64,000 nucleotides of DNA from Actinomycetes bacterium (GTDB lineage: Bacteria; Actinomycetota; Actinomycetes; Actinomycetales; Dermatophilaceae). Below, in pieces: positions 52,683-62,368 of this stretch. Within the stretch, counting starts at the first letter, position 1. Each line of letters opens with the position of its first letter. The stretch spans positions 16,336-80,335 of the forward strand of contig JAKOPT010000090.1 in assembly GCA_029778715.1 (NCBI GenBank), read 5' to 3'. The notes beneath the pieces are model-generated. The model made no database searches. It worked only from the letters and a program-made list of their open reading frames with translations, and was not told the DNA's origin. The position numbers were made by a program, and so were the translations under genes.

Positions 52683-53280
52683 GAGGGGCCTCCGGTTTGC
52701 CGTCGCTGCCAGCGGGTATGCCGTCGGCTCCGGGCGAGCCGCGAAGCGGCACCGCCTTCGCCGTGAGCAGCGCAACGAGGGCAGCGGCCAGCACGATCGC
52801 GATGTCGGCCACGTTGCCGATGAACAGGCCGAAGTAGTCGAGGAAGTCGACGACGTGGCCGCGGAAGAGCCCCGGCTCCCGGAACACCCGGTCCAGGAGG
52901 TTGCCCAGCGCTCCCCCGAGCAGCAGGCCGAAGGTGAGCGCCCACCCCCGATGCCCCACCCGCCGCGCGCCAACGAGGACGCCGGCGACGATGACGAGCG
53001 CCAGGGCGGTGAGGAGCCAAGTCACCTGATTGCCCAACGAGAAGGCCGCCCCGCTATTGCGAATGAGGTTGAGTTGAATCCAGTCGCCGATGAGGGGCCG
53101 CGGGAGACCTGGGGTCAGGGCGCGCAGGGCCCACATCTTGGTGACCTGGTCGGCCACGACGGTGACGACCGCAGTGCCGGCGATGGCGGCATACAGACGG
53201 GACCGGCCCACGACGGGGGCGCGGGCCGGTCGAGAAAGGGGGGGCGGGGAGGTCAGCGGCGTTCCTGCTTCTTCTTGCAT
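52675..53280 (-). CDS. lspA: Signal peptidase II
   Basis: [29 protein letters not shown]. Confidence 0.95.
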   Translation of the reverse strand: MQEEAGTPLTSPPPLSRPARAPVVGRSRLYAAIAGTAVVTVVADQVTKMWALRALTPGLPRPLIGDWIQLNLIRNSGAAFSLGNQVTWLLTALALVIVAGVLVGARRVGHRGWALTFGLLLGGALGNLLDRVFREPGLFRGHVVDFLDYFGLFIGNVADIAIVLAAALVALLTAKAVPLRGSPGADGIPAGSDGKPEAPHE

Positions 53281-53990
53281 GGCATGCACAGCGTCGCACG
53301 AGGAGCGGCCTGGAGTCGAAGTTTGCCGATCGGCTGCCCGCAGGACTCGCAGACGCCGTAGGTGCCGTCATCCATCCGGGCGAGAGCATGTTCGCTCTGC
53401 CGGAGCAGGTCGCGCGCATTGTCGGCGAGGGCGAGTTCTTGTTCGCGCTCGTAGGTCTTGGTGCCCGCGTCCGCTTGGTCGTCGCCCGCGCCGTCACCGG
53501 AGTCCCGCATGAGGTCGACGATTTCGATCTCGGCCTGATCGACGTCGCGGCGCAACTGGGAGATGTCGGATTCGAGTTCGGCCCGGACGGCGCGGATTTC
53601 GGCGGCGGTCCAGGCCGATTCGCCCTCGCGCACGACCAGACCACGCTCGGCGGCGGATTTCCTGGCCGGTGCCTTCTTGCTGGCCGGCGCCTTCTTGGCG
53701 GCCGGCTTCGCGGCCGGTGCCTTCTTGACCGCGGGCTTGGTGGCCGCTGTCTTGCTGGCGGCCGGCTTCTTCGCTGGTGCTTTGCTGACGCTGGGCTTCT
53801 TCGCTGTCCCCTTCTTGACTGGTGCCTTCTTGACTGGTGCCTTCTTCGCCGGGGTCGGCGGCTCGGAGTCGACGACACTTGCCGGGGTCGGACGGTCGGA
53901 ATCCGAGGTCGACGGGGCCGCCTGCGTCACCGCCTTAACCGCCGACGCGACGGCGGATTTGGCCGCAGCCAGTACGCGCGTGGCACCCAT
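53253..53990 (-). CDS. TraR/DksA C4 zinc-finger protein with Lys/Ala/Pro-rich N-terminus
   Basis: DQADAG, YGVCESCG..I...RL.A.P.ATLC..C; AKKAP repeats. Confidence 0.9.
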   Translation of the reverse strand: MGATRVLAAAKSAVASAVKAVTQAAPSTSDSDRPTPASVVDSEPPTPAKKAPVKKAPVKKGTAKKPSVSKAPAKKPAASKTAATKPAVKKAPAAKPAAKKAPASKKAPARKSAAERGLVVREGESAWTAAEIRAVRAELESDISQLRRDVDQAEIEIVDLMRDSGDGAGDDQADAGTKTYEREQELALADNARDLLRQSEHALARMDDGTYGVCESCGQPIGKLRLQAAPRATLCMPCKKKQERR

Positions 53991-54107
53991 GACTACCTCA
54001 CTTCGTCGGCCAAGCCCAGCGCGGGCCTGCGTGCGGCGAGAATACGGCCAGATCCGCGCGGACTCAACGGCGAACCCCACAAGTGGGACTAGGACCACGT
54101 CAACGCC

Positions 54108-54143
54108 GCGTGCGGGTGAGAACCGAAGTTCTCACCCGCACGC
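54108..54143. terminator. Hairpin downstream of divIVA
   Basis: GCGTGCGGGTGAGAAC-CGAA-GTTCTCACCCGCACGC, perfect 16-bp stem. Confidence 0.8.
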
Positions 54144-54165
54144 AAGAGTGGCGGTCGCCTCCCGG

Positions 54166-55329
54166 TCAGCGGGGAAGCGTCGGCGCTTTCACGGCCGTCT
54201 GCTCGAGTCGCTGGAGTTGGTCGGTGATGAACTCCTTGAGGCGGCCGCGGTAGTCCTTTTCGAAGTGCCGCAGTTCCTCGATCTTGCGCTCGAGAAGTCC
54301 CTTTTGGGCATTGAGTTCCTCGAGGATGGTCGTTTTGCGCTGCTGGGCCTCGTGCACCATGCCGGTGGAGCGTTCGCGCGCCTCGGTGATGAGTTCGTCG
54401 TGCCGACCCTGGCCGGCAGCGAGCAACTGGTCGTACTTGGCCTGACCGGTGGCCAGGAGTTCGTCGTACTTGGCCTGCCCGGTCTGGATCAACTCCGAGT
54501 GCCGACTCTCGGCTTCACCGATCAGGGAGTCGTGGCGCGTCTGGGCCGCGTTGATCAACTCGTCACGGCGGGCCTCACCCGCGGCGACGTGTTCGTCGTG
54601 GAGGCGCTGCGCCAGAGCGAGAACCCCGGCGGCCGATCCGGCTCCTGCCAGCGGCACCGCACCGGTCATCGCACTCTCATCGGCCTGGAACCCGCGAGCC
54701 TGGGCGGCACCAATCCGCTGCTGGGCGGCCCGCTCGGCCTCCTCGGCGGAGGCCACCGCCGCATCGATCCGAGCCTTGGCGTTGCGCTCGGCCTCGCCCA
54801 CTCGCTCGTTGAGCAGCGCGACCTGCTGCTCGTAGCCGGTATTGGCCGACTGCACCTGCTGACGTCCGTGGGCGTCAGCAGTGGCCGCGGCCAGGCTCTG
54901 GGCGTGCCGCGAGCGTTCCTCCTGCCAGGCGGCCCGCTGCTGCTCCCAAGAGGCCTTCTCCCCCTCATGCTGCTGCTGCAAGGCATCATGGTCGCGTTGC
55001 AGACCGGAGAACTGGTCCTCGGCCCGCATGAGTTGACTCTGCAGGTCCTTGACCTGAGTCTCCAGGTCGGCGTTACGCCCCTCCAGTGCCTCGACCTGCG
55101 CGGCGGTCGAGGCAGCGGCCGCTCCCCCATCGGCGGCGACCGGATCGAGACCGCGTCCCTCGCGGCACTCGTTGAGTTGCGCGCGCAGGTCTTCGACGTC
55201 CTTGGTCGCCCGACGCATCTCGACGACAATGTCGTCAAGAAAATCGTCGACCTCACGCTCGTCGTACCCACGACGGAACTGGGTAGTCGTGAACGTCTTA
55301 TTCAGGACGTCCTCGGGGGAGAGGGCCAT
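54166..55329 (-). CDS. divIVA: DivIVA/Wag31 cell polarity protein
   Basis: MALSPEDVLNKTF...RRGYDEREVDDFLD; C-terminal LRHFEKDYR. Confidence 0.93.
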   Translation of the reverse strand: MALSPEDVLNKTFTTTQFRRGYDEREVDDFLDDIVVEMRRATKDVEDLRAQLNECREGRGLDPVAADGGAAAASTAAQVEALEGRNADLETQVKDLQSQLMRAEDQFSGLQRDHDALQQQHEGEKASWEQQRAAWQEERSRHAQSLAAATADAHGRQQVQSANTGYEQQVALLNERVGEAERNAKARIDAAVASAEEAERAAQQRIGAAQARGFQADESAMTGAVPLAGAGSAAGVLALAQRLHDEHVAAGEARRDELINAAQTRHDSLIGEAESRHSELIQTGQAKYDELLATGQAKYDQLLAAGQGRHDELITEARERSTGMVHEAQQRKTTILEELNAQKGLLERKIEELRHFEKDYRGRLKEFITDQLQRLEQTAVKAPTLPR

Positions 55330-55397
55330 CTCAACTCCTCACGGAAGCCAATGGGGGCAGGCACCACCGTGTGACGGATGGGTCCTGTGCTAACAGA

Positions 55398-55673
55398 CTA
55401 GAGGATCGCGAGCAGAACGTAGAGCCCGAGGACCAGGACGAGGAAGCCGAGGTCGAGAGCCACCGCGCCGATCCGCACCGGCGGAATGACCTTGCGCAAG
55501 GCCTTCAAGGGTGGGTCGGTGAGTGAATAGACCGCCTCGGCGATGACGAGCATGACCCCCCGCGGTCGCCAGTCCCGGGCGAAGACCCGGATCCAGTCGA
55601 GCGCCAGCCGACCGAACACCACGATCAGATACAGCCAGACGATCAACCGCAGAACTTGGCGCACGACATCCAT
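55398..55673 (-). CDS. YggT family membrane protein
   Basis: TDPPLKALRKVIPP..LDL; usual synteny. Confidence 0.92.
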   Translation of the reverse strand: MDVVRQVLRLIVWLYLIVVFGRLALDWIRVFARDWRPRGVMLVIAEAVYSLTDPPLKALRKVIPPVRIGAVALDLGFLVLVLGLYVLLAIL

Positions 55674-55721
55674 GGTGAGCAGTGTCCCAGGCCGGCCTGG
55701 ACCGGCCCTGTGGGACAGGCG

Positions 55722-56183
55722 TCAACTCTGGTTGAACAGTGCTCGGCCGGGCGTGGGACCAGCCTCTTCGGCGTTGACTTCCAGGGTCTCTGGCGACAGG
55801 AGGAAGACCTTGCTCGTCACTCGTTCGATGGAGCCGTGCAACCCGAACACCAGGCCCGCGGCAAAGTCGACCAAGCGCTTGGCGTCGGCGTCGCTCATGT
55901 CGGTGAGGTTCATGATGACCGGGATGCCGTCGCGGAAGTTCTCGCCAATGGTCTTGGCTTCGTTGTAGGTCCGCGGGTGGATCGTCGTGATCCGCGACAC
56001 CCCCATGCCCTCCGCGCTGCGCACGACCTGCGCCACCGGGCGGTGAGCGTGCAGCGGCGTGACCGAGGCGGGCTCGTCGTCGTAGTAGCGGTCCTCCTCG
56101 GGCCCGTAGTCGTCATAGTCCCGCTCGGTCTGGTCCTCGGCCAGGCCGAGGTAGACCATCGTCTTGCGGAGCGCGCCGCTCAT
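55722..56183 (-). CDS. sepF: Cell division protein SepF
   Basis: [30 protein letters not shown]. Confidence 0.96.
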   Translation of the reverse strand: MSGALRKTMVYLGLAEDQTERDYDDYGPEEDRYYDDEPASVTPLHAHRPVAQVVRSAEGMGVSRITTIHPRTYNEAKTIGENFRDGIPVIMNLTDMSDADAKRLVDFAAGLVFGLHGSIERVTSKVFLLSPETLEVNAEEAGPTPGRALFNQS

Positions 56184-56231
56184 GAGAACTCCTTAGCGTG
56201 GGTCGACCCTGTCGTCCTGTCGTGATTGAAG

Positions 56232-56948
56232 TTACCCAAGTGACGCACGAGTTCCGAGGATTGCGGTCCCGACACGCAGGTGTGTCGCGCCATGGCGTAC
56301 GGCGGCCTCCAGGTCCGCGCTCATTCCGGCGGAGATCCACCTCGCCTCGGGATGCTCGGCCCGGATGGCATCACTCACCGTCCGGAGGTCCGCGAAGGCC
56401 CGATCGGGGTCGGCCCCGAGCGGAGCGACGGCCATCACCCCGCGCAGCCGCAACCACTCCTGCCCGGCCACGAGGCCGGCCAACCGGGGCACCTCGGCGG
56501 GCAGGGCCCCACCACGACCGGTCGCGCCGTCGAGGGACACCTGGATGAGCACGTCGAGCGGGCGGCCCATTGGGCCTCGATGCCGACCGAGGGCACCGAT
56601 GAGTTTGGCGCGGTCCACCGAATGGACGACGTCGGCGATCTGGGCCACCGCACCGGCCTTGTTGGATTGCAACTGGCCGATGAAGTGCAGCCGGAGGCGC
56701 TCGCGGGACTGCACCACGGCATACTTCGCCCGGGCCTCCTGCTCCTTGTTCTCCCCCACGTCGGTGACGCCGAGATCGGCGAGTAGATCGACATCGGCGG
56801 CGGGGAAGCGTTTGGTCACGACGATCAGGGTCACCTCATCGACCCGGCCCGCAGCCCGTCGCGCGCTGTCGATGCGAGCCCGCACCCGCGCGAGCCCCCC
56901 GGCCACCTCGATGCGCCGCGAGGACAGGGCGGCCGACTCCGCGCTCAT
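56232..56948 (-). CDS. YggS family PLP-binding protein
   Basis: VVTK, GENKEQE, HFIGQLQSNK, SAGMSAD, RVGTAI. Confidence 0.95.
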   Translation of the reverse strand: MSAESAALSSRRIEVAGGLARVRARIDSARRAAGRVDEVTLIVVTKRFPAADVDLLADLGVTDVGENKEQEARAKYAVVQSRERLRLHFIGQLQSNKAGAVAQIADVVHSVDRAKLIGALGRHRGPMGRPLDVLIQVSLDGATGRGGALPAEVPRLAGLVAGQEWLRLRGVMAVAPLGADPDRAFADLRTVSDAIRAEHPEARWISAGMSADLEAAVRHGATHLRVGTAILGTRASLG

Positions 56949-57664
56949 GCCGACCGGCGCACGATGACGCCGGCACTGCGCCCGGTGCGGCCCTCGCGCC
57001 GGTGCGAAAACAGCGCGGGGTCTTCGCGAGTGCAGCCGGGGACCCAGTCCACCGTGACTGCGTCGGCGGCAAGTTGGGCAACCACGCCGGCGGCGACGTC
57101 GATGGCCGGCGTGCCGGTCCAGGAAATGGCCCGGGCCTCGGGGCGGATCGCCGCGGCGGCCTCACGCAAGTCGACGGGGACCTCGTAGCACCGGGCGCAG
57201 ACGGACGGGCCGACGGTGGCCCGTAGCCGGCGCGCCCCAAGGTCACGCAGGGCCGCCACGGTGGCGGGAACGACGCCGGCCAGCAACCCTGGCCGTCCGG
57301 CGTGGACAGCGGCGATCGCCGGACCGTCGGCATCCCGGATGAGGACGGGCACGCAGTCGGCGACCATGGCGACCAGCGCGAGGTCGGGGACCTCGGTGAT
57401 CAGGGCGTCCACGGGCGGCGGCGCGTCCACCGGACCCTCGACCACGGCGACCTCGGCACCGTGGTGTTGATCCATGTAGACGACCCGCTCGACGTCGAGG
57501 GCCAGCGCCGCGGCCAGTCGGCGACGATTCTCTAGGACCGCAGTGGCATCGTCGCCAACATGGCCACCGAGGTTGAGGGCGGCATACGGCCCCTCGCTCA
57601 CCCCGCCGGAGCGAGCGGTGAAGGCCCGCACGCTGGGACCGTCGTCAACTCGCCAATAGAACAC
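56945..57664 (-). CDS. pgeF: PgeF/YfiH family protein
   Basis: LNLGGHVGD, MDQHHG, VADCVPV, HAGR, FSHRR. Confidence 0.92.
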   Translation of the reverse strand: MFYWRVDDGPSVRAFTARSGGVSEGPYAALNLGGHVGDDATAVLENRRRLAAALALDVERVVYMDQHHGAEVAVVEGPVDAPPPVDALITEVPDLALVAMVADCVPVLIRDADGPAIAAVHAGRPGLLAGVVPATVAALRDLGARRLRATVGPSVCARCYEVPVDLREAAAAIRPEARAISWTGTPAIDVAAGVVAQLAADAVTVDWVPGCTREDPALFSHRREGRTGRSAGVIVRRSA

Positions 57665-57686
57665 CGGACCCACCGGAGGCGGCGGC

Positions 57687-58868
57687 CTATTTGAGGAAGT
57701 CGGGAACGTCGAGGTCGTCACCGTCGTCAACGACGGGTGCGCGCGGCGACACGACCCGCGGCGGAGCCACCGGAGCCGGCGGCATCGTGGCCGGTGCCGA
57801 CACCGACCCCGTGCCGACGGAGGACTCGGGGGCAGCCGCCGGGGGCTCGGTCGCCGAAGCAGCCGGAATAGGCCGGGAAGCGATCGAGCCCAGGGCCCGG
57901 CCATCGTCGCGCCGGGCGGGCGAGCCGCTGTCGAACCCGGCCGCGATCACGGTGACCCGCACCTCGTCGCCGAGCGCATCGTCGATGACGGCACCGAAGA
58001 TGATGTTGGCCTCGGGGTGGGCGGCCTCTTGGACGAGTTTGGCCGCCTCGTTGATCTCGTAGAGGCCGAGGTCGCTGCCGCCTTGGACCGACAACAGCAC
58101 GCCGTGCGCCCCGTCGATGCTCGCCTCCAGCAGTGGGCTCGAGATGGCGAGTTCGGCCGCTTGGATGGCGCGGTCTTCCCCGCGCGCGGAGCCAATGCCC
58201 ATGAGGGCCGAACCGGCGCCCTGCATGACGGACTTGACGTCGGCGAAGTCGAGGTTGATCAGACCCGGCGTGGTGATGAGGTCGGTGATCCCCTGGACAC
58301 CGGACAGCAGCACCTGGTCGGCGCTGCGGAAGGCATCCATCATGGACACGCTGCGGTCACTGATGGAAAGCAACCGGTCGTTGGGGATGACGATGAGGGT
58401 GTCGACCTCTTCCCGGAGCAGGCCGATGCCCGACTCGGCCTGGTTGGCCCGGCGCCGCCCCTCGAAGGTGAACGGCCGGGTCACGACCCCGATGGTCAAG
58501 GCTCCGAGTTTCTTCGCGATCCGGGCCACGACCGGGGCTCCGCCGGTGCCGGTGCCGCCGCCCTCACCGGCAGTGACGAACACCATGTCCGCCCCGCGAA
58601 TGACCTCTTCGATCTCCTCGGCGTGGTCTTCGGCAGCCTTGCGTCCCACCTCCGGGTCGGCGCCGGCGCCGAGGCCACGGGTCAACTCGCGACCGACGTC
58701 CAATTTGACGTCGGCATCACTCATGAGCAGCGCCTGGGCGTCGGTGTTGATGGCGATGAACTCCACGCCCTTGAGACCGACCTCGATCATCCGGTTGATG
58801 GCGTTGACACCACCGCCGCCGACACCGACGACCTTGATCACGGCCAAGTAGTTCTGGGGTGTTGCCAC
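57687..58868 (-). CDS. ftsZ: Cell division protein FtsZ
   Basis: GGGTGTG tubulin signature, [16 protein letters not shown]. Confidence 0.99.
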   Translation of the reverse strand: MATPQNYLAVIKVVGVGGGGVNAINRMIEVGLKGVEFIAINTDAQALLMSDADVKLDVGRELTRGLGAGADPEVGRKAAEDHAEEIEEVIRGADMVFVTAGEGGGTGTGGAPVVARIAKKLGALTIGVVTRPFTFEGRRRANQAESGIGLLREEVDTLIVIPNDRLLSISDRSVSMMDAFRSADQVLLSGVQGITDLITTPGLINLDFADVKSVMQGAGSALMGIGSARGEDRAIQAAELAISSPLLEASIDGAHGVLLSVQGGSDLGLYEINEAAKLVQEAAHPEANIIFGAVIDDALGDEVRVTVIAAGFDSGSPARRDDGRALGSIASRPIPAASATEPPAAAPESSVGTGSVSAPATMPPAPVAPPRVVSPRAPVVDDGDDLDVPDFLK

Positions 58869-59077
58869 GGTACGGGCCTCTCGTTGCGGGTCGTGCGGGG
58901 TGGGCGTTGCGTCAAAGTCTCTAGGTTAAGTCAACGGTAACGGTTTTCTGACAGTCCGTCCGGGTCGACGCTAGGCGGCCTTCGGGAGCCAAGCAAATGA
59001 CGCCCTCGGCGTGTCGCGGCGGCGGGAGAGAAAAGTCTCCCACCGAAACCCCATCAACCTCAATAGTCCCATCAACC

Positions 59078-59830
59078 TCATCCGTCACGGGTCACCGGCG
59101 AGTCGGGGGCACTGACGTCGATGGCCGCGGGATGGGTCTGCATCAACGTGCGCAACACCTTGACCTTGAGTTCGGGTTGATCCGCACCGCCCCAGGTCAC
59201 CTGGATCCCGGCGAGGGTGAACGTCACCGAACTCGCGGTGGCGACCGTCAAGGTCGACACCTGAGCCGCCAAGTCCGGCGGCAGCGTCGAAACCACCGAG
59301 AGCGCCGACTTGATCGCGTCCTGCGTCGTGCCCGCCGCAGAGCTCGCGGTGACCATCGGGACGCCCGCGGGCGCCTCCGCGACCGTCCCGAACGCCACGC
59401 CGGTCGCATCTACAACCTGTAGTTCACCTTGAGGGTTCTTGAGGGCGAGAACAGGCACTCTCGGTTTGACCGCGATGACGACGGTGTTGGGCCAGGACCG
59501 GCTCGCCCGCGCTTCGGCGATCTCGACCTTGGCGCGCACCCGGCGAGTCACGGCGTCGAGATCAACCCGCGCCATGGGTTGCCCGACCGGGACCTGGGCA
59601 ACCGTCGTGACCTCGCCGGCTTGCGCTCCGCTCGCCCCCTCGACCCGCACGCTCCGGACAACGAGGACCGGGCTCCACCAGATCAACCACACGATTGCGC
59701 CGATCACCGCGAGGACGAGGACGAGGATCGCGGCCCGCCGCCAGGGCGCCCACCGCCGGGCCCGGGCGCGAGCCTCGAACCGGGCGGTCGTCGGGGTATG
59801 CCGCGGCATCGCGGTCGCGCGCCGGGTCAC
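59078..59830 (-). CDS. ftsQ: Cell division protein FtsQ/DivIB
   Basis: Single TM, POTRA-like region, RSWPNT, IDVSAP; synteny. Confidence 0.9.
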   Translation of the reverse strand: MTRRATAMPRHTPTTARFEARARARRWAPWRRAAILVLVLAVIGAIVWLIWWSPVLVVRSVRVEGASGAQAGEVTTVAQVPVGQPMARVDLDAVTRRVRAKVEIAEARASRSWPNTVVIAVKPRVPVLALKNPQGELQVVDATGVAFGTVAEAPAGVPMVTASSAAGTTQDAIKSALSVVSTLPPDLAAQVSTLTVATASSVTFTLAGIQVTWGGADQPELKVKVLRTLMQTHPAAIDVSAPDSPVTRDG

Positions 59831-61260
59831 GCCCGCTCCCGCAGGGCGGCGACGATCCGCGGCGCCAGTTCGGTCACGTCCCCGGCGCCCACGGTGAGGA
59901 CCAGGTCGGCCGGTCGAGACCAGCGGGCCGCCTGGTCCACCGCCTCCGCGGCCCCGAGCACGACGGCATACCGGCCCAGAGCCGCCAACTTGGCGACGAT
60001 AAGTTCGGACCCGACCCCCGGCAGCGGGTCCTCCCGGGCCCCGTAAACGTCGAGCAGAACCACCTCGTCAGCGGGGGCCAACCCGCGGGCAAAACCGTCG
60101 GCGAAATCCCGAGTCCGCGAATACAGGTGCGGCTGGAACACGACGAGGAGCCGGCCCCCGCGGGCGTGCGCGATATCGGCAGCGGTTTCGACGACGGCGC
60201 TGACCTTGGCCGGGTTGTGGGCGTAGTCGTCCACGACGCTCACCCCGTCGACCTCGCCATGGCGTTCGAACCGGCGCGCCGCTCCCCCGTACCGCGCCAG
60301 CCCCGCGAGCACCGCCTCGGGGTCGGCACCGGTGCCCTCGACGGCGGCCAGGTATGCCGCACCCGCGTTGAGGACATTGTGGGCACCCGGGGTGGACAGG
60401 ATGAGGGTGCGCTCGGTCCCGCTGCGGTCGCGCACGAGTGAGGTGCTGCCGTCCGCGCCGAGGCGGGAGGAGCGGACCCGCAGATCCGCACCGGGGGCGC
60501 GCCCATACGTGAGGACGCGGCGCCGACCGGCCATCGCGGCGGCCAACTCCATGGCGCCCGGGTCGTCGGCGCAGACGACGAGCAGGCCCTCGGCGGGCAC
60601 CGTCTCGGCGAACGCGGCATACGCGGCCTGGACCCGCGCGAAGGTGCCGTAGAAGTCGAGGTGATCGGGCTGGACGTTGGTGACGACGGCGACATCGGGA
60701 TGGTAGGCGAGGAAACTGCCGTCGCTCTCGTCGGCCTCGACGACGAACGGTGTGCCCGGGTGCCAGGCGGCGTTGGTGCCGAGATCGGCGAGTTCGCTGC
60801 CGGCGGCGAACGACGGGTCGGCGCCGGCGGTCGCCAAGGCGACGGTGAGCATGGACGTCGTCGTCGTCTTACCGTTGGCGCCGGCGACCGCGAGCCGGCG
60901 ATGACCGGCCATCGTCGCCGCGAGCGCCTGGGCCCGGTGCCAGACGGGCAGGCCCAGGGCACGGGCCCGGGCCAACTCGACATTCGCCTCCCGGATGGCA
61001 CTGGAGATGACGATGCTGTCGGCCCCGTCGACATGGGAGGGGTCATGGCCCACCCAGGTCGTCGCCCCCTGCGCGGCCAGCGACCGCAGGGCCGCCGAAT
61101 CCTTGGCGTCGGACCCGCTCACGGGCACGCCGCGGGCGAGCAGCAGCCGGGCCACCGCGGACATCCCCGCGCCGCCGATGGCGATGAGATGGACCCGACC
61201 CAGGTCGGCCAGCGCCGGCGCGGGCACGGTGAAGTCGAACCGTTTGTTGACGCCGTCCAC
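59827..61260 (-). CDS. murC: UDP-N-acetylmuramate--L-alanine ligase
   Basis: IGGAGMS, GKTTTT, VEADESDGSF, DDYAHNP, FQPHLYSRT. Confidence 0.97.
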   Translation of the reverse strand: MDGVNKRFDFTVPAPALADLGRVHLIAIGGAGMSAVARLLLARGVPVSGSDAKDSAALRSLAAQGATTWVGHDPSHVDGADSIVISSAIREANVELARARALGLPVWHRAQALAATMAGHRRLAVAGANGKTTTTSMLTVALATAGADPSFAAGSELADLGTNAAWHPGTPFVVEADESDGSFLAYHPDVAVVTNVQPDHLDFYGTFARVQAAYAAFAETVPAEGLLVVCADDPGAMELAAAMAGRRRVLTYGRAPGADLRVRSSRLGADGSTSLVRDRSGTERTLILSTPGAHNVLNAGAAYLAAVEGTGADPEAVLAGLARYGGAARRFERHGEVDGVSVVDDYAHNPAKVSAVVETAADIAHARGGRLLVVFQPHLYSRTRDFADGFARGLAPADEVVLLDVYGAREDPLPGVGSELIVAKLAALGRYAVVLGAAEAVDQAARWSRPADLVLTVGAGDVTELAPRIVAALRERA

Positions 61261-61261
61261 G

Positions 61262-62368
61262 TCAGGCCCTGCGTCCCCGGGTCGCGGCGTCCCGCACGAG
61301 GTCGGCGAGCAGCCGGTCGCCGTCGCGCTCCCCCACCGAGGCCGCCGCGACGGCCATGGCCGAGAGCCGGTCCCGGTCGCGCACGAGCGGCATGACGACC
61401 TCACCCACCCAGCCGGGCGAGACACCGGCATCCTCGACGAGCAGGCCACCGCCGGCCGCGACGACACCGGCGACGTTGAACCGCTGCTCGCCGTTGCCGA
61501 TGGGAAGGGGCACATAGACGGCCGGCAGCCCGACCGCGGTCAACTCGCAGACGGTATTGGCCCCGGCGCGGCCCACGACGAGGTCGGCCGCGGCATACGC
61601 CAACTCCATCCGGTCGGCATACGGAAGGACGACGTAGGGAGCCTTCCCGGCCTCGGGGGGCACAGCGAACTCCTTGCCGCGCCCGGTGACGTGCAGGACC
61701 TGCACTCCCGCGTCGCGGAGCGCCCCGACCGCACCCCGGAAGGCCTCGTTGATCCGTTGCGCCCCGAGGGATCCGCCGGTGACGACGACGGTCGGCCAGT
61801 CCGGCTCCAGGCCGAGGGCGGAGCGGGCCTGCGGGCGCACCGCCTCGCGGTCCAAGTGCGCGACCTCGGCGCGCATCGGCATCCCGGTGACGCGCGCCTT
61901 GGGCAGCGCGGTGCCGGGGAAGGTGACCGCCACGGCCGTGGCGAGCCGGGCGCCGAGGCGGTTGGCGATCCCGGGGCGGGCGTTTTGTTCGTGGACGACG
62001 ATCGGTATGCCGCGCCGCCGGGCCGCGAGGTAGGCCGGGGTCGCGACGTACCCGCCGAACCCGACGACCACCTCGGCGCCCGCGTCGTCGATCGCCGCAC
62101 CGGCAGCGGCCACCGCGCGGCGCAGGTTGCCCGGCAGCCGGAGCAGATCCATCGAGGGCTTGCGCGGCAACGGCACCTTGGGCACCACGGCGAGGTCATA
62201 GCCCCGGGCCGGGACGAGCCGTGCCTCGAGACCCTCGGCGGTCCCCAAGGCGACCAGGCGCAGGCCGGGATCATCGGCGCGCAGCCGATCCGCGAGGGCC
62301 AGCAGCGGCCACACGTGCCCGGCCGTGCCGCCGCCGGCGAGGAGGGCCGAGCGGAGCGGGGGGCTCAC
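61262..62368 (-). CDS. murG: Lipid I N-acetylglucosaminyltransferase
   Basis: GGGTAGH, GFGGY, HEQNA, GGSLGA, RAGA, GNGEQ. Confidence 0.97.
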   Translation of the reverse strand: MSPPLRSALLAGGGTAGHVWPLLALADRLRADDPGLRLVALGTAEGLEARLVPARGYDLAVVPKVPLPRKPSMDLLRLPGNLRRAVAAAGAAIDDAGAEVVVGFGGYVATPAYLAARRRGIPIVVHEQNARPGIANRLGARLATAVAVTFPGTALPKARVTGMPMRAEVAHLDREAVRPQARSALGLEPDWPTVVVTGGSLGAQRINEAFRGAVGALRDAGVQVLHVTGRGKEFAVPPEAGKAPYVVLPYADRMELAYAAADLVVGRAGANTVCELTAVGLPAVYVPLPIGNGEQRFNVAGVVAAGGGLLVEDAGVSPGWVGEVVMPLVRDRDRLSAMAVAAASVGERDGDRLLADLVRDAATRGRRA

